A stretch of 64,000 nucleotides of DNA. It comes from Octopus sinensis (taxonomy: Eukaryota). The notes under the pieces are model-generated. The model ran no database searches and was not told where the DNA came from. It worked only from the letters and a program-made list of their open reading frames with translations. Shown one piece after another: positions 63,448 through 64,000 of this stretch. The translations under genes and the position numbers were made by a program. The stretch covers positions 100,192,001 to 100,256,000 of the forward strand of contig NC_043002.1 of assembly GCF_006345805.1 (NCBI RefSeq). The letters are read 5' to 3'. Each line of letters starts with the position of its first letter. Position 1 is the stretch's first letter.

Positions 63448-64000
63448 GACACACACACACACATCTTTTTGAAATGTGGCCTTGACAAATGCCACTTAAC
63501 CTCAACGTTGACTTCTAACATAAAGTGATTAATCATCTTCGGTTTTGCCTGTATATTTTTCATACTGAATCAAGTATAGGTTTGCAAAATTCGTTCACGC
63601 TATAAATTTTAACAGCGTTCTTGTTACAGTTCTAGGTTTTGGGGTTCTGTATTAGAGCGTCGTAGAGCTTCAAACTTGTGTATGCTCAGCACCTCTGTTT
63701 AGAGATTTAAGCTATGTGCACTGACACAAGTGACGAGTTTACTTAGAGTGGTCGAACGTAGTACTTTAGAGTAACAAGTAGAACATTTTTTATGACTGGT
63801 TGCGTTGTTTATGACGATTGCAGAACCTTTTTGCATGTAGTATAGATGTGCAAATGATAGATATGCAGAGATAATGGAGTGAAAGAATTCATGATGGTGA
63901 GATTTCTTCATATGTACTGAGTAGATTTCGGAGGGGAAAAAAGCACACAGAGAGTAAAACAATGTTTTTGTTTTCAGAATAAATAATAAATAATCTCCCC

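Noticed and set aside
63960-64000. Possible acceptor ttttgttttcAG at 63976-77 for the next BAIAP3 exon
   Set aside because: A stop codon follows within five codons in the required phase and in both other frames. The expected DxWDHD-type exon was not found in 40820-64000.

Overview
Eukaryotic, AT-rich, microsatellite-dense genomic DNA with no prokaryotic features. The repeat landscape (tRNA-headed SINEs, long TA/CA/AAT arrays) resembles an octopus genome; that assignment is an inference. Only two host coding exons are supported: 17836-17902 and 40555-40819 on the + strand, joined in phase 1 across a 22.65 kb GT-AG intron. Together they encode most of the C2A domain of a BAIAP3/Munc13-4 (unc-13-4) family vesicle-priming protein. 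The rest is probably intronic and filled with transposon relics: at least four SINE families (several with clear TSDs), RTE, CR1, Dong/R4 and Penelope retroelements, a solo LTR, mariner, Tc1 and maT-like DNA transposons, a Helentron-like element and many foldback elements. Almost all ORF-track entries are microsatellite or TE artefacts. The most notable observations are: (i) two short microsatellite-flanked elements carrying a minimal type-I hammerhead-like motif with a shared non-canonical core (CUGUNGA); (ii) a CR1 LINE and a SINE family that share a 3' stem-loop tail; (iii) a non-coding family inserted with fixed polarity in (AAT)n, one copy abutting an AAT-flanked Dong/R4 element; (iv) many long hairpins, plus near-identical inverted SINEs flanking the second exon; (v) a candidate in-frame 42-nt alternative exon that would alter the C2A Ca2+-binding loop. 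All alignments were done by eye; no searches or folding programs were run.
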